DNA of 64,000 bases from an uncultured Roseobacter sp. (GCF_947495025.1 NZ_CANLXG010000002.1:994124-1058123); one strand, 5' to 3'; counted from the stretch's first letter, positions 8,444 through 20,936 are shown. The notes: generated from the letters alone by a model not told the origin. Numbers and translations: made by a program.

Positions 8444-11400
8444 CCGTATATGATGACGCCTGGGTAGCGCAGGAAGAAGCCAAACGGGCTTACATGGCAG
8501 AGCACGGCCTCTATTCTGAGGAAGAGGAGCATTCCTCCTGCGGTGTCGGTCTGGTGGTGTCCCTGAACGGAACGCGCAGCCGCCGGGTAGTGGAAAACGG
8601 TATTCAGGCGCTCAAGGCGATCTGGCACCGGGGCGCCGTGGATGCAGATGGCAAAACCGGCGATGGTGCGGGTATTCATGTGCAGATCCCTGTCGAATTC
8701 TTTTACGACCAAGTACGCCGTACCGGACACACACCACGCGAAGACGAGATGATCGCCGTGGGTCAGGTGTTTCTGCCCCGTACTGATTTTGGCGCGCAGG
8801 AGACCTGCCGGACAATCGTCGAGACCGAAGTCCTGCGCATGGGCTACTATATTTATGGCTGGCGTCACGTGCCCGTCGACATCTCCTGTCTGGGCGAAAA
8901 AGCGAATGCGACCCGCCCCGAGATCGAGCAGATCCTGATCTCCAACGCCAAGGGTGTCGATGAGGACACGTTCGAACGCGAGCTCTATGTCATCCGCCGT
9001 CGCATCGAAAAGGCGGCACTGGCGGCACAGGTGCCGACCCTGTACATCGCGTCGATGTCCTGCCGGTCGATCATCTACAAGGGCATGATGCTGGCCGAGC
9101 AGGTGGCAGAGTTCTACCCCGACCTGATGGACGAACGCTTTGAAAGCGCCTTTGCGATCTATCACCAGCGGTATTCGACCAACACATTTCCGCAGTGGTG
9201 GCTGGCACAGCCGTTCCGGATGCTGGCCCATAACGGCGAAATTAACACACTGCGCGGCAACCTGAACTGGATGAAGAGCCACGAGATCCGCATGGCCTCC
9301 GGTGCTTTTGGCGAGATGGCCGAGGATATCAAGCCGATTGTCCCCGCGGGATCGTCCGACAGTGCGGCGCTTGATGCAGTGTTCGAGGTGCTGGTGCGGG
9401 CCGGGCGCAATGCGCCGATGGCCAAGACCATGCTGGTGCCGGAAAGCTGGTCAAAACAGGCTGTTGAGCTGCCCCAGGCCTGGCGGGACATGTATTCCTA
9501 TTGCAACTCGGTGATGGAACCATGGGACGGTCCGGCGGCCCTGGCCATGACGGACGGACGCTGGGTATGTGCCGGTCTTGACCGTAACGGTCTGCGCCCG
9601 ATGCGGTATGTGGTAACCAACGACGGCATGCTGATTGCCGGGTCTGAAACAGGCATGGTGCCGCTGGACGAAACGCGTGTGGTTGAAAAAGGCGCACTTG
9701 GCCCGGGCCAGCTGCTCGCTGTCGACATGAAGGATGGCGGCCTTTTCCACGACACAGATATCAAGAACAGGCTTGCCGCGAGCCAGCCCTTTGGCGAATG
9801 GGTCGGCAAAATCAACGATCTGGATGCTCAGCTGAGCGGGATCACAGAAAAGGCGATGTTCAGTGGCGATGCCCTGCGCCGCCGTCAGGTCGCCGCGGGA
9901 TACTCCATTGAAGAGCTGGAGCAGATACTGGCCCCCATGGCGGAAGACGCCAAAGAGGCGCTGGCCTCGATGGGCGATGACACGCCCTCGGCCGTTTTGT
10001 CCACCAAATACCGCCCGCTGAGCCACTTCTTTCGACAGAACTTCAGCCAGGTAACCAACCCGCCGATCGACTCCCTGCGCGAGTTCCGCGTAATGAGCCT
10101 CAAAACACGGTTCGGTAACCTCAAGAACGTACTGGATGAAGACAGCAGCCAGACTGAGATCCTGACACTGGACAGTCCGTTTGTAGGCAATGCGCAGTTT
10201 GACGCGCTGGTCGGGCACTTCAATGCTGAGCTGGTCGAGATTGATTGCAGCTTTGCGTCAGGTTCGGGGTCACTGAATGAAGGCCTGGAACGGATCCGGG
10301 CCGAGGCAGAGGATGCCGTGCGTTCCGGTGCCGGCCATCTGGTCCTGACCGATCAGCACAGCAGTGAAGACAGGGTCGCCATGCCGATGATCCTGGCCAC
10401 AAGCGCAGTGCACAGCCATCTGACCCGCAAAGGGTTGCGGACCTTTACTTCGCTGAACGTTCGGTCGGCCGAATGCGTTGATCCGCACTATTTTGCAGTT
10501 CTGGTCGGCTGCGGCGCCACAACCGTCAATGCGTACCTCGCAGAGGACAGCCTTGCTGACCGCATCGAGCGCGGCCTGCTGGACGTAAACCTGACAACCG
10601 CCGTAGCGCGGTATCGCAATGCGATCGATCAGGGCCTGCTGAAGATTATGGCCAAGATGGGCATCTCGGTGATCTCGTCATACCGCGGCGGTCTGAATTT
10701 TGAGGCAGTTGGTCTGAGCCGGGCTATGTGTGCGGAATACTTCCCGGGCATGACCAGCCGGATCTCGGGTATCGGCATCTCTGGCATTCAGCGCAAAGCC
10801 GAGGAGGTGCATGCCAGAGGCTGGGGCAGTGCGCCGTCCGTTCTGCCGATCGGTGGCTTTTACAAGGCGCGGAAATCCGGTGAGACCCACGCCTGGGAAG
10901 CGACGTCAATGCATATGATGCAGATGGCCTGCAACCGCGCGTCCTATGAGATGTGGAAGCAGTATTCTGCAAAGATGCAGAGCAATCCGCCCATTCACCT
11001 GCGTGATCTGCTGGATGTGAAACCGCTGGGCCAGCCTGTTCCGATTGAAGAAGTTGAAAGCATAACCTCCATACGCAAGCGTTTTGTCACGCCGGGTATG
11101 AGTCTCGGCGCGCTGAGCCCTGAAGCGCACAAGACGCTGAATGTCGCAATGAACCGTATCGGTGCGAAATCTGACAGTGGTGAGGGCGGCGAAGACCCGG
11201 CGCACTTTGTGCCGGAAGCAAATGGCGATAACCCGTCGGCCAAGATCAAACAGGTCGCATCGGGCCGTTTCGGGGTCACAGCCGAATACCTGAACCAGTG
11301 CGAAGAACTGGAAATCAAAGTAGCGCAGGGAGCGAAACCCGGTGAGGGCGGCCAGCTGCCCGGCATGAAGGTCACAGACCTGATCGCACGCCTGCGCCAT

Positions 11401-12972
11401 TCAACAAAAGGTGTCACGCTGATCAGCCCGCCGCCGCACCACGATATCTACTCTATCGAGGACCTGGCGCAGCTGATCTATGACCTGAAACAGATCAACC
11501 CGCGCTGCAAAGTAACAGTGAAACTGGTTGCTTCCTCCGGTGTCGGTACAATCGCTGCCGGTGTAGCCAAAGCCAAAGCGGATGTGATCCTGATCTCGGG
11601 CCACAACGGGGGCACCGGTGCTTCGCCGGCTACATCGATCAAATACGCGGGCCTGCCGTGGGAGATGGGACTGACCGAAGCGCACCAGGTTCTGTCGATG
11701 AACAACCTGCGCGAACGTGTCACCCTGCGCACAGACGGAGGATTGCGCACAGGTCGTGACATCGTCATGGCGGCAATGCTGGGGGCCGAAGAATACGGCA
11801 TCGGCACAGCGGCGCTGATCGCGATGGGCTGCATCATGGTTCGGCAGTGCCAGTCAAACACCTGCCCGGTCGGCGTCTGTACCCAGGATGAAAGCCTGCG
11901 CGAGAAATTCACCGGCAATGCGGACAAGGTGGTCAACCTGATCACGTTCTACGCGACCGAAGTCCGGGAAATACTGGCGCAGATCGGTGCGCGCAGCCTG
12001 GATGACGTGATCGGGCGTGCCGATCTGCTGACCCAGGTCAGCCGTGGCTCTGCGCATCTGGATGATCTGGACCTGAACCCGCTGCTGATCACTGTCGATG
12101 GTGCGGCGGACATCGTCTATAACCGCGACAAGGATCGCAACGCGGTGCCGGATACACTGGACAGCCAGATTGTCCGTGACGGCAGCCGGTTCCTCGAAGA
12201 CGGAGAAAAGATGCAGCTGTCCTATGCGGTGCAGAACACGCACCGGACAGTGGGCACGCGCACGTCGAGCCATATCGTCAAGCGGTTCGGGATGCGCAAC
12301 ACGCTGCAGCCCGATCACCTGACGGTAAAACTGTCAGGGTCTGCCGGGCAATCGCTGGGCGCATTTGCGGCACCCGGTCTGAAACTGGAAGTTTCCGGGG
12401 ATGCCAACGATTATGTGGGCAAGGGTCTGTCCGGAGGCATGATTGTCGTGCGCCCGCCAATGGCTTCGCCCATCGTTGCTGCTGAGAACACTATCATTGG
12501 CAATACGGTGCTGTATGGTGCGACGGACGGTTATCTTTTTGCTGCCGGTCGCGCCGGTGAGCGTTTTGCGGTCCGTAACTCGGGCGCAAAGGTCGTGATC
12601 GAAGGCTGCGGATCGAACGGATGTGAATACATGACCGGTGGTGTTGCGGTGATCCTTGGCGACATCGGTGCAAACTTTGGCGCGGGTATGACCGGGGGCA
12701 TGGCTTATCTGTATGATCCGGAGGGTAAGGCGCCTGCGCTCATGAACATGGAGACACTGGTGACCTGCCCTGTAGCGGTTGACCACTGGCTGAGCCAGCT
12801 CGAGGAGCTGCTCGAAATGCACCTGGAAGAGACCGGAAGCCGTCGGGTCGCTGATATCCTTCAGCACTGGGACAGTGAAAAGCAGCATTTCCTTCAGGTC
12901 TGTCCGAAAGAGATGCTGGTGCATCTGCCGGCACCGCTTGGTATCGAAGAGACGGCAGTTCCGGCCGAATAA
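8440..12972 (+). CDS. gltB: Glutamate synthase large subunit
   Basis: 1510 aa; N-terminal CGVG glutaminase nucleophile, HNGEINT, EIKVAQGAKPGEGGQLPG and CQSNTCPVGVC motifs. Confidence 0.97.
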   Translation: MTVYDDAWVAQEEAKRAYMAEHGLYSEEEEHSSCGVGLVVSLNGTRSRRVVENGIQALKAIWHRGAVDADGKTGDGAGIHVQIPVEFFYDQVRRTGHTPREDEMIAVGQVFLPRTDFGAQETCRTIVETEVLRMGYYIYGWRHVPVDISCLGEKANATRPEIEQILISNAKGVDEDTFERELYVIRRRIEKAALAAQVPTLYIASMSCRSIIYKGMMLAEQVAEFYPDLMDERFESAFAIYHQRYSTNTFPQWWLAQPFRMLAHNGEINTLRGNLNWMKSHEIRMASGAFGEMAEDIKPIVPAGSSDSAALDAVFEVLVRAGRNAPMAKTMLVPESWSKQAVELPQAWRDMYSYCNSVMEPWDGPAALAMTDGRWVCAGLDRNGLRPMRYVVTNDGMLIAGSETGMVPLDETRVVEKGALGPGQLLAVDMKDGGLFHDTDIKNRLAASQPFGEWVGKINDLDAQLSGITEKAMFSGDALRRRQVAAGYSIEELEQILAPMAEDAKEALASMGDDTPSAVLSTKYRPLSHFFRQNFSQVTNPPIDSLREFRVMSLKTRFGNLKNVLDEDSSQTEILTLDSPFVGNAQFDALVGHFNAELVEIDCSFASGSGSLNEGLERIRAEAEDAVRSGAGHLVLTDQHSSEDRVAMPMILATSAVHSHLTRKGLRTFTSLNVRSAECVDPHYFAVLVGCGATTVNAYLAEDSLADRIERGLLDVNLTTAVARYRNAIDQGLLKIMAKMGISVISSYRGGLNFEAVGLSRAMCAEYFPGMTSRISGIGISGIQRKAEEVHARGWGSAPSVLPIGGFYKARKSGETHAWEATSMHMMQMACNRASYEMWKQYSAKMQSNPPIHLRDLLDVKPLGQPVPIEEVESITSIRKRFVTPGMSLGALSPEAHKTLNVAMNRIGAKSDSGEGGEDPAHFVPEANGDNPSAKIKQVASGRFGVTAEYLNQCEELEIKVAQGAKPGEGGQLPGMKVTDLIARLRHSTKGVTLISPPPHHDIYSIEDLAQLIYDLKQINPRCKVTVKLVASSGVGTIAAGVAKAKADVILISGHNGGTGASPATSIKYAGLPWEMGLTEAHQVLSMNNLRERVTLRTDGGLRTGRDIVMAAMLGAEEYGIGTAALIAMGCIMVRQCQSNTCPVGVCTQDESLREKFTGNADKVVNLITFYATEVREILAQIGARSLDDVIGRADLLTQVSRGSAHLDDLDLNPLLITVDGAADIVYNRDKDRNAVPDTLDSQIVRDGSRFLEDGEKMQLSYAVQNTHRTVGTRTSSHIVKRFGMRNTLQPDHLTVKLSGSAGQSLGAFAAPGLKLEVSGDANDYVGKGLSGGMIVVRPPMASPIVAAENTIIGNTVLYGATDGYLFAAGRAGERFAVRNSGAKVVIEGCGSNGCEYMTGGVAVILGDIGANFGAGMTGGMAYLYDPEGKAPALMNMETLVTCPVAVDHWLSQLEELLEMHLEETGSRRVADILQHWDSEKQHFLQVCPKEMLVHLPAPLGIEETAVPAE

Positions 12973-13016
12973 CCTCGGCGGTTCACAAGCTGCCATGGCC
13001 CGCCTATACCCGGGCC

Positions 13017-13745
13017 ATGGCAAAACGCAAAACCACCCGAAGCCGCAGGAAGCAGCAGCCCAAGGCACCGCAGTTGTTTATGCGGGCAGTGCGGAGATGG
13101 TTTTTCAGAGCGGCTCTGGCGGTGTCGGCCGTGGTGCTGCTGCTGATCGGGCTGGGCGTTTTGATCAACCCCTGGACGACACCCTATATGTTTGCCGAAG
13201 ATCGCCGTCTGGGCGGTGTGACCTATGAATGGGTCAGTATTGACCAGGTTGCACCGGCTATGGCCCGTGCCGTTGTTGCTGCCGAAGATGCCAACTTCTG
13301 CAATCACTGGGGCTTTGATGTTCAGGCAATCCGGGATGCGATAGAAGATGGTGGCAACAGGGGTGCGTCCACGATCAGTCAGCAGACCGTCAAAAACGTT
13401 TATCTGTGGCATGGTCGTAACTATACCCGAAAAGCGCTCGAAGCGCTGATGACGCCCCTGCTGGAACTGATGTGGTCCAAACGCCGGATCGTGGAGGTAT
13501 ATCTGAACGTGGCTGAGTTCGACAAAGGTGTCTTTGGAGTGAAAGCAGCGGCAGATCACTACTTTGGTGTGGCGCCTGCACACCTGTCTGATCTGCAGGC
13601 GGCGCGGCTGGCGGCGATCCTGCCTGATCCAAAAGGCAGATCAGCTTCGCGGCCTTCGGATTTCGTGCGCAAACGCACCCGGGCGATCCTCTCCGGAGCG
13701 GCAACAATCGGCAAAGATGGCCGATCGGACTGTTTCGAGAGTTGA
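13017..13745 (+). CDS. mtgA: Monofunctional peptidoglycan transglycosylase
   Basis: AVVAAEDANFCNHWGFD, GASTISQQTVKN, RKALEA and EVYLNVAEF GT51 motifs; N-terminal TM. Confidence 0.93.
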   Translation: MAKRKTTRSRRKQQPKAPQLFMRAVRRWFFRAALAVSAVVLLLIGLGVLINPWTTPYMFAEDRRLGGVTYEWVSIDQVAPAMARAVVAAEDANFCNHWGFDVQAIRDAIEDGGNRGASTISQQTVKNVYLWHGRNYTRKALEALMTPLLELMWSKRRIVEVYLNVAEFDKGVFGVKAAADHYFGVAPAHLSDLQAARLAAILPDPKGRSASRPSDFVRKRTRAILSGAATIGKDGRSDCFES

Positions 13746-13801
13746 ATCCAGGCGATCAACCGGGCATTGAGGAAGGGACTTCTGATTTCCGGGATATCCG
13801 C

Positions 13802-14467
13802 ATGGCGCGATTGTTTCACGTCCCCCTGTCACCGTTCTGCCGCAAGGTCCGGCTCAGCCTTGCTGAGAAAAAGATCGAGGTGGAACTCGTCGAGGAAAAA
13901 TACTGGGAGCAGGATGCGGATTTTATGCGTCGCAACCCGGCCGGCAAGGTGCCCGTTCTGCGTATCGACGGGATCATGATGGCCGAGAGCGCTGCGATCT
14001 GTGAGTACATCGAGGAGACGCGGCCCGATCCTGCTCTGATGCCCAAAGACCCGGTGGCGCGGCAGGAAGTCCGCCGCATTGTCGGATGGTTTGATGACAA
14101 GTTTCACACTGAAGTAACGTCAAAGCTCCTTTACGAGCGGGTGAACAAGAAGGTGACCGGGCAGGGATATCCCGACAGCGGCAACGTGAAATCGGGCGCG
14201 AAAGCGATCAAATATCACCTCGATTACATGACCTGGCTGCTGGATCACCGCCGGTGGCTCGCGGGTGATGTGATGACGCTGGCGGATTTCGCCGCGGCGG
14301 CGCATATGAGTTCACTGGACTATATCTCGGATGTCGACTGGAACCGCTCTGATGTGGTCAAGGACTGGTATGCCAAAATCAAATCAAGACCGGCATTCCG
14401 TTCCATTCTGGCAGATCAGGTGTCCGGTTTCCCGCCGCCGCGCCACTACAATGATCTGGACTTCTGA
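13802..14467 (+). CDS. fzlA: Glutathione S-transferase family protein (FzlA-like)
   Basis: LSPFCRKVRL..AEK, NPAGKVPVL and SKPAFRSIL-like GST motifs; mtgA-GST-queG order as for alphaproteobacterial fzlA. Confidence 0.75.
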   Translation: MARLFHVPLSPFCRKVRLSLAEKKIEVELVEEKYWEQDADFMRRNPAGKVPVLRIDGIMMAESAAICEYIEETRPDPALMPKDPVARQEVRRIVGWFDDKFHTEVTSKLLYERVNKKVTGQGYPDSGNVKSGAKAIKYHLDYMTWLLDHRRWLAGDVMTLADFAAAAHMSSLDYISDVDWNRSDVVKDWYAKIKSRPAFRSILADQVSGFPPPRHYNDLDF

Positions 14468-14527
14468 GAACCGCGGGGGGGCTGCCTGCTCCCGGACCAC
14501 CGGGGACAATTCCGGCCAGAAAACGCC

Positions 14528-15562
14528 ATGTCGACGCTGAAAAACCGCATTGTCGCGCAGGCCCTTGACGAGGGCTTCGTCTCATGTGGGTTTTGCAGGC
14601 CCGATGCTTTGCCCGGGTTACCTGAACGGCTCGCCGCTTTTATCGCCGCCGGCTATCACGGTCAGATGGCATGGATGGAAGAGCGGATGCACTGGCGGTC
14701 GGACCCCGCGGCACTGTGGCCCGACGCAAAGAGCGTCGTCATGCTCGCCGAGAGCTATGCGCCGGAATACGATCCGCTGGCTGTTCTGGACCGGCCAGAC
14801 CGTGCGGCGATTTCGGCCTATGCCCAGGGACGGGACTATCACGACGTTGTAAAGAAAAGACTGAAGCGGCTGGCACGCTGGATGGTGCAGGAAACGGGAT
14901 GTGAGGTGAAGGTTTTTGTCGATACTGCGCCCGTTCCTGAAAAAGCACTTGCTGCGGTTGCTGGTCTGGGCTGGCAGGGAAAACACACCAACCTTGTCAG
15001 TCGCGACTGGGGAAACTGGGCGTTTCTGGGCGCTGTTTTCACGACGCTGGAGCTGGAACCGGATGCAGCAGAGGTGGATCACTGCGGGTCTTGCCGGGCC
15101 TGTCTGGAAATCTGTCCGACGGATGCATTTCCCGCGCCTTACCAGCTGGACGCGCGCCGGTGCATTTCTTACCTGACGATTGAACACAGGGGACCTGTCG
15201 CAGAAGATCTGCGTAAGGCGATGGGAAACCGCATCTACGGGTGCGACGATTGCCTCGCCGTTTGCCCATGGAACAAATTTGCTGTTGCGGCGCAGGACAT
15301 GCGCCTGCTTGGTGACGGTTCCCTGACGGCGCCGCGCCTGGCAGACCTCGCAGATCTGACGGATGCAGCGTTCCGGTTAAAATTTTCCGGATCACCCGTA
15401 AAACGCATCGGGCGGGATCGTTTTGTGCGGAACGTTCTTTACGCCATCGGAAACTCAGGACACACCCCGTTGCTGGTCGCGGCCCAGGCGCTCTGCGATG
15501 ACCCGGATGAGGGGGTCGCGGATGCAGCACGCTGGGCAGTGACGCAATTGCGCGCTGTCTGA
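14528..15562 (+). CDS. queG: tRNA epoxyqueuosine(34) reductase
   Basis: [32 protein letters not shown] and [14 protein letters not shown] motifs. Confidence 0.95.
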   Translation: MSTLKNRIVAQALDEGFVSCGFCRPDALPGLPERLAAFIAAGYHGQMAWMEERMHWRSDPAALWPDAKSVVMLAESYAPEYDPLAVLDRPDRAAISAYAQGRDYHDVVKKRLKRLARWMVQETGCEVKVFVDTAPVPEKALAAVAGLGWQGKHTNLVSRDWGNWAFLGAVFTTLELEPDAAEVDHCGSCRACLEICPTDAFPAPYQLDARRCISYLTIEHRGPVAEDLRKAMGNRIYGCDDCLAVCPWNKFAVAAQDMRLLGDGSLTAPRLADLADLTDAAFRLKFSGSPVKRIGRDRFVRNVLYAIGNSGHTPLLVAAQALCDDPDEGVADAARWAVTQLRAV

Positions 15563-15625
15563 CGTGTTCGGGCTGGAAAATCCTTGTGCAGAGGATATGG
15601 CTTACCCGAACAGAGGAGGCCCGGA

Positions 15626-17665
15626 ATGGCTATTTTACTCGGGGTAGATACCGGTGGCACTTACACGGACGCAGTCCTGCTGGAGGATGAAGAACGTGTG
15701 CTGGCTTCCGCCAAGGCTCTGACGACACGTGAGGATCTGGCAGTCGGCATAGGTTCTGCGGTAACGTCTGTGCTGGAGGCATCAGGCACCAGGCCGGGGG
15801 ATATTTCGCTTGCTTCTCTTTCGACAACGCTTGCCACCAATGCGTTGGTCGAAGGCCAGGGGGGGCGCGCGGCGCTGGTGTTTATCGGGTTTCGGGAGCG
15901 GGATCTGGAGGCGCACGGCCTGCGCGAGGCCCTGAAGGGCGACCCGGTGCTGATCTGTGCTGGCGGGCACAATCATGCAGGCGCGCAGAACGCACCACTG
16001 GATGAGGTTTCGGTTCGTGACTTCGCCCGTCGCTGGGGGCATGAGGTGAGCGGGTTCGCAGTCGCAGCTCAGTTTGCAACGCGCAATCCAACGCATGAGG
16101 TCCGTGCAGCAGCTATCATCCGGGAAGAAACCGGACGACCGGTTTCAGCATCGCATCAGCTTTCCGCAAAACTCAACGGGCCCAAACGAGCGCTGACGGC
16201 GCTGCTGAACGCACGCCTGATCGGGATGATTGAACGCCTGATCGGCCGGGCAGAAGCCGTTCTGAGCGACATCGGTGTGAAGGCGCCTATGATGGTTGTG
16301 CGCGGCGACGGAGCGCTGATCTCGGCAGACCAGGCGCGCGAGAAACCTATCGAAACCATTCTTTCAGGCCCGGCGGCGTCGATCGTTGGCGCGCGTTGGC
16401 TGACGGGAGCGGAAAATGCGCTGGTCAGTGATATCGGAGGCACAACGACCGACGTGGCGCTGCTGCGCGACGGGCGACCATCGGTTGACCCTGCCGGTGC
16501 GCGTGTGGGCGGATACCGTACAATGGTCGAGGCAGTCGCAATGCGTACCACGGGCCTGGGCGGGGACAGTGAGGTCCATCTGCAAAGCGAAGGTCTGGCT
16601 GGTGGTGTGGTGCTGGGACCGCGACGGGTTTTGCCGGTTTCGCTTGCGGCATTTCTGGCGCCGGATGTTGTGCATGCCGCGCTGGATCAGCAGTTGCGGA
16701 GCACCGTGCCCGGAGAGTTTGACGGACGTTTCCTGCGAAGACTTGAAGGACAGAACGCCGAAGGTCTGGGCGCGCGGGAAGCCGCGCTTCTCGAACGAAT
16801 CGACACGCAGATGCAGCCACTTGGGCCAGTGCTGCGCATGCGGGTTGAGCATGAGGCGCTGCGCCGACTGGTGGACCGGGGGCTGGTGCAGATCAGCGGT
16901 GCGACACCCTCAGACGCCAGCCATGTAGTTGGCGGATTGTCTGACTGGGACGGTGCCGCGGCGGAGAAAGCGCTGACGCTTCTGGCACGCCGACGATCGG
17001 GGTCAGGATCTGTTTATGCGTCTGATGCGCCTGAAATGGCGCGGATGATTATCCGACAGATGACGTTGCAGACAACGACCGCACTTCTGGAAGCCGGCTT
17101 CGCGGAAGAGGATGGAGCGCTCGGAGAAGCGCCGGAGGCACTGGCGCGTCACCTGCTTGTGCATCATGGGCTGAGAGGGCACCGAAACATGGTGCGCCTC
17201 GAGGCAGGGCTGAACCTGCCGGTGGTCGGGCTGGGCGCATCGGCGCGGTTCTATTACCCCGAGGTCGGCAGGATGGTGGGTTCGGAGATGATACTGCCGG
17301 AACATGGCGGGGTGGCCAATGCGATTGGCGCAGTTGCGGGTCGTGTCACGATGCGTGAAACAGGCCATGTGACATCTGCCGGAGAAAACCTTTACCGTGT
17401 CCATGGCTCTGGTGAACCAGAGGATTTTTCCTGCCAGGATGAAGCGCTGAGAGTGCTTGAGGGTCGCCTGCGCGAGGATGCCGTTTCCCGGGCGCAGCGC
17501 GCTGGCGCCGGTGACATCAGCACAAATACCACGCGTGATATCCGTACAGCTGAAATCGACGGACGAAGTGTTTTCGTGGAAGCCGTTCTGACCGTCGAAG
17601 CAACCGGGCGCCCACGTGTGGCTCCGGTTTCACGGGATCAGGACGCGAGGCGGGCCGGGGTCTGA
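15626..17665 (+). CDS. Hydantoinase/oxoprolinase family protein
   Basis: [31 protein letters not shown] and SDIGGTTTD motifs. Confidence 0.85.
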   Translation: MAILLGVDTGGTYTDAVLLEDEERVLASAKALTTREDLAVGIGSAVTSVLEASGTRPGDISLASLSTTLATNALVEGQGGRAALVFIGFRERDLEAHGLREALKGDPVLICAGGHNHAGAQNAPLDEVSVRDFARRWGHEVSGFAVAAQFATRNPTHEVRAAAIIREETGRPVSASHQLSAKLNGPKRALTALLNARLIGMIERLIGRAEAVLSDIGVKAPMMVVRGDGALISADQAREKPIETILSGPAASIVGARWLTGAENALVSDIGGTTTDVALLRDGRPSVDPAGARVGGYRTMVEAVAMRTTGLGGDSEVHLQSEGLAGGVVLGPRRVLPVSLAAFLAPDVVHAALDQQLRSTVPGEFDGRFLRRLEGQNAEGLGAREAALLERIDTQMQPLGPVLRMRVEHEALRRLVDRGLVQISGATPSDASHVVGGLSDWDGAAAEKALTLLARRRSGSGSVYASDAPEMARMIIRQMTLQTTTALLEAGFAEEDGALGEAPEALARHLLVHHGLRGHRNMVRLEAGLNLPVVGLGASARFYYPEVGRMVGSEMILPEHGGVANAIGAVAGRVTMRETGHVTSAGENLYRVHGSGEPEDFSCQDEALRVLEGRLREDAVSRAQRAGAGDISTNTTRDIRTAEIDGRSVFVEAVLTVEATGRPRVAPVSRDQDARRAGV

Positions 17666-19707
17666 ATGTTCCGTGCTGTTGTGTGGTCACCGGTCTGGAA
17701 GGACAGTGTCAGTTCGCTGAGTGAGGATACCTCGTCGACCAGCAACTGAGTTGCTGCGTTGGTTTCCTCGAACATTGCGGCGTTCTTCTGTGTGACACCG
17801 TCAAGGTTGCCGATCGCGGTGGAGATTTCCGACAGACCGCCCGCCTGCTCGGTTGCCGCCGACGCCATGTCACTGACCATGTCTGAAACATTGCTGACGG
17901 CCCGTTCTATTTCAGCCAGCGCATCGCCGGTTTTTGAAACAAGTTCCACACCCTGGCCGACCTGTCCGGATGATGTAGCGATCAGCGACGCGATCTGCGT
18001 CGCTGCCTCTGACGATCTCTGAGCAAGTGCACGCACTTCGGAGGCGACAACGGCAAAACCGCGGCCAGCTTCGCCTGCCCGTGCGGCTTCGACGCCTGCA
18101 TTGAGCGCCAGCAGATTGGTCTGAAAGGCAATGTCGTCAATGACTGAAGTGATTTTGGAAATCTCTGACGAGCTGTCGGAGATTGCGTCCATTGCAGAGC
18201 GGGCTTCGGACATGATCGAGCTTCCGTCTTCAGCATATGTTCTTGTTTTCCGAACTTCTGAGGCGGTGGAGCGGGCCGTTTCGGCGGTGGATTTTACAGA
18301 CGCGGACATCTCGGTGATCGCACCGGCGGTCTGTTCCAGCGCGGCGGCCTGGCTTTCTGTACGCTGGCTCAGGCTGGACGAGGCGTTTGAAATTTCAGTA
18401 ACGCCGGCGTGGATCTGGTTTGAGGAGTGAATCACGCTACGTACCAGATCCCGTAACCGCTTTTGCGTTGAATTGAAGTCAAGGCGCAGCTGCTCGTATT
18501 CCTGAGAGAAACCTTCGTTGATCTCAACATCCAGATTGCCGGTTGCAAGTTCGGCAAGACCCTCGCTCAGCCGTCCAACAGCGAAAATCCGGGGCGTGAT
18601 GTCGGTTGCGAATTTGACGACCTTGACAGGATCACCGTTTGGTCCGAACACCGGATTGTAGGTGGCCTCGATCCAGACGTCTGAGCCATCTTTGTGTTTG
18701 CGGCGGTATTCACCGGCATGGAATTTGCCCGACCGGAGCAGTTCCCAGTGATCCTTGTATTCCTTCTTTTCTGCCTCCCCGCGGGGCATGAACATGCTGT
18801 GATGCCTGCCCTTCACTTCTTCTAGCGTGTAGCCCATCGCATTCAGAAACAGATCGTTGGCCGTGCGGATACGGCCGTCCATATCGAATTCGATCACGGC
18901 CTGAACCCGGGCGATGGCCTTGACCTGATCTGCAGCTTCTTCGCGGTTGGTAACGTCATCGGCGATTTTCAGGATACCGATCTGCACACCATGAGAATCC
19001 AGCACAGGTGCATAGACGCACTGCAGCCACATCGGGCGCTGGTTCCGGCCAAACCGTTTGAAAATTCCTGATTTCAGCTCGCCGCCGTTAATCTGTTGCC
19101 AGAAGCGGGCATATTTTTCCGTTCCCTCATATTCCTCGTGAACGAACATCGTGTGATGTTTCCCGATAACATCTTCGGCCGCATAACCTGTAATTTCGAG
19201 AAACCGGTCATTCGCTTCCAGCACCGTGCCGTCCCTGCCGAAATAGACTTTTGCCTGTTCCCGCGAAATTGCCTCGAACTGACTGCGCGTGTTTCTAGCG
19301 TCATTTTCCCGCTGCGTCACGTCACGCATGATTTTTACAAGGCACGCGCCGTTGTGATCTTTTTCGGCGAGCGGCAAGTAAGTGGCTGACACCCACAGAG
19401 ACCTGCCATCGCGCGTGGCACGCGGGAGAATGTCCGTGGCCGAAGTGCCCCGTTCCAGCGCGTCTGCAAACGACGTATCGCTGCCTGCCTCTGCCTGGGT
19501 ATGGTCAATCAGTTCGTCGTGTTGCACACCCAGGGCTTCTTCCGGCGTATACCCCATAATCCGGCAGAACTGATCATTGACACGTACGATTTTGCCTGTG
19601 CGGTCAAACCAGACCAGACCGTGGTTTGTGCTCAGCGCGTCGAGCAGGGCGTCCGCAGGCGGCACAGCGTTTTTTTTGCGATCAGTCTTCTGCGCGAAAA
19701 ATGGCAT
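17638..19707 (-). CDS. Soluble methyl-accepting chemotaxis protein with three PAS domains
   Basis: Three PAS repeats (xFxxDG.I..AN..F....GY..EE..G.HH) and the MCP hairpin [34 protein letters not shown]; no obvious TM segment. Confidence 0.92.
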   Translation of the reverse strand: MPFFAQKTDRKKNAVPPADALLDALSTNHGLVWFDRTGKIVRVNDQFCRIMGYTPEEALGVQHDELIDHTQAEAGSDTSFADALERGTSATDILPRATRDGRSLWVSATYLPLAEKDHNGACLVKIMRDVTQRENDARNTRSQFEAISREQAKVYFGRDGTVLEANDRFLEITGYAAEDVIGKHHTMFVHEEYEGTEKYARFWQQINGGELKSGIFKRFGRNQRPMWLQCVYAPVLDSHGVQIGILKIADDVTNREEAADQVKAIARVQAVIEFDMDGRIRTANDLFLNAMGYTLEEVKGRHHSMFMPRGEAEKKEYKDHWELLRSGKFHAGEYRRKHKDGSDVWIEATYNPVFGPNGDPVKVVKFATDITPRIFAVGRLSEGLAELATGNLDVEINEGFSQEYEQLRLDFNSTQKRLRDLVRSVIHSSNQIHAGVTEISNASSSLSQRTESQAAALEQTAGAITEMSASVKSTAETARSTASEVRKTRTYAEDGSSIMSEARSAMDAISDSSSEISKITSVIDDIAFQTNLLALNAGVEAARAGEAGRGFAVVASEVRALAQRSSEAATQIASLIATSSGQVGQGVELVSKTGDALAEIERAVSNVSDMVSDMASAATEQAGGLSEISTAIGNLDGVTQKNAAMFEETNAATQLLVDEVSSLSELTLSFQTGDHTTARNIQTPARLAS

Positions 19708-19794
19708 AAAAAGCTCCTGATGGTTTCCGGCCTTTTACCCATCAGGAACTTAAAATCTTCTTTATCCCAAACAGCGAATACCGCTTCAGGGATG

Positions 19795-19842
19795 AAAAAC
19801 ACCGGATGGTCCCGACCGGGTGGTGCCTGCCGGGACCGTCTG
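19795..19842 (-). terminator. Probable intrinsic terminator downstream of msrA
   Basis: On the minus strand, hairpin CAGACGGTCCCG...CGGGACCATCCG is followed closely by TTTTT, immediately after the msrA stop. Confidence 0.5.
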
Positions 19843-19843
19843 T

Positions 19844-20356
19844 TTATTCTGCGGCTTCTTTGCGCTTTGGCAGTACCCACTCCGCTCTGGGAAAGTGGCA
19901 GGTGTACCCGTTCGGAATCCGCTCCAGGTAGTCCTGGTGCTCGGGCTCGGCTTCCCAGAAAGGACCTGCCGCCTCAACTTCTGTCACCACTTTTCCAGGC
20001 CAGATTCCAGAGGCTTCCACGTCAGCAATTGTGTCCAGAGCCACCTGTTTCTGCGTTTCGTCCACGTAGTAGATTGCAGAACGGTAGCTGAGACCGACGT
20101 CGTTACCCTGCCGGTTCAGCGTGGTAGGGTCGTGAACCTGGAAAAACAGCTCCAGCAGACCCCGATAACTGATCAGCTTGGGATCAAAGATGACCTCGAT
20201 CCCTTCGGCGTGGGTGCCGTGATTACGGTAAGTCGCGTTGGCCACATCGCCACCGGTATAGCCCACCCGTGTGGAAATCACGCCCGCACGTTTGCGGATC
20301 AGATCCTGCATGCCCCAGAAGCATCCGCCTGCCAGTACGGCGCGTTCAGTGCTCAT
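19844..20356 (-). CDS. msrA: Peptide-methionine (S)-S-oxide reductase
   Basis: [25 protein letters not shown] and AEPEHQDY motifs. Confidence 0.96.
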   Translation of the reverse strand: MSTERAVLAGGCFWGMQDLIRKRAGVISTRVGYTGGDVANATYRNHGTHAEGIEVIFDPKLISYRGLLELFFQVHDPTTLNRQGNDVGLSYRSAIYYVDETQKQVALDTIADVEASGIWPGKVVTEVEAAGPFWEAEPEHQDYLERIPNGYTCHFPRAEWVLPKRKEAAE

Positions 20357-20802
20357 GCGACGTCCTCCACCTGGTTGAGGTATTCGCCATATCCTTCGGC
20401 TTCCATATCGTCGCGGTGTACAAACCGCAGAGACGCCGAATTGATGCAGTAGCGCAGGCCGCCCCGATCCGCCGGGCCGTCCGGAAAAACATGGCCAAGA
20501 TGGCTGTCACCATGGGTCGAGCGGACTTCGGTCCGTATCATGCCTAGGGATGCGTCGCGCAGTTCCTGAACATGGGCAGGTTCGATGGGTTTGGTGAAAC
20601 TGGGCCAGCCGCAGCCGCTCTCGTATTTGTCGGCCGAGGCAAAGAGTGGCTCGCCCGAAACGATATCCACGTAAATTCCAGGGTCTTTGTTACCAAGCAG
20701 CTTGCCCGTGCCCGGGCGTTCGGTGCCGTTCTGTTGAGTGACGCGGTATTCTTCCAGCGACAGTTTCCTGATCGCCTCGTCGGTCTTTTCATATCTGGGC
20801 AT
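20353..20802 (-). CDS. msrB: Peptide-methionine (R)-S-oxide reductase
   Basis: [28 protein letters not shown] and RYCINSASL; start placed at MPRYEK. Confidence 0.95.
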   Translation of the reverse strand: MPRYEKTDEAIRKLSLEEYRVTQQNGTERPGTGKLLGNKDPGIYVDIVSGEPLFASADKYESGCGWPSFTKPIEPAHVQELRDASLGMIRTEVRSTHGDSHLGHVFPDGPADRGGLRYCINSASLRFVHRDDMEAEGYGEYLNQVEDVA

Positions 20803-20936
20803 AAAGGGCTCCCGTTTTCCTTTGTTCTTAAGATAAGAGCGCGCGGCCCGATGAAAAGAGGAAACTATTCCGGAACGGATCACGTGTCTGAGGGGAAACG
20901 CGGACTATATGACCCCCAACGGATCAGGAGGCGACG

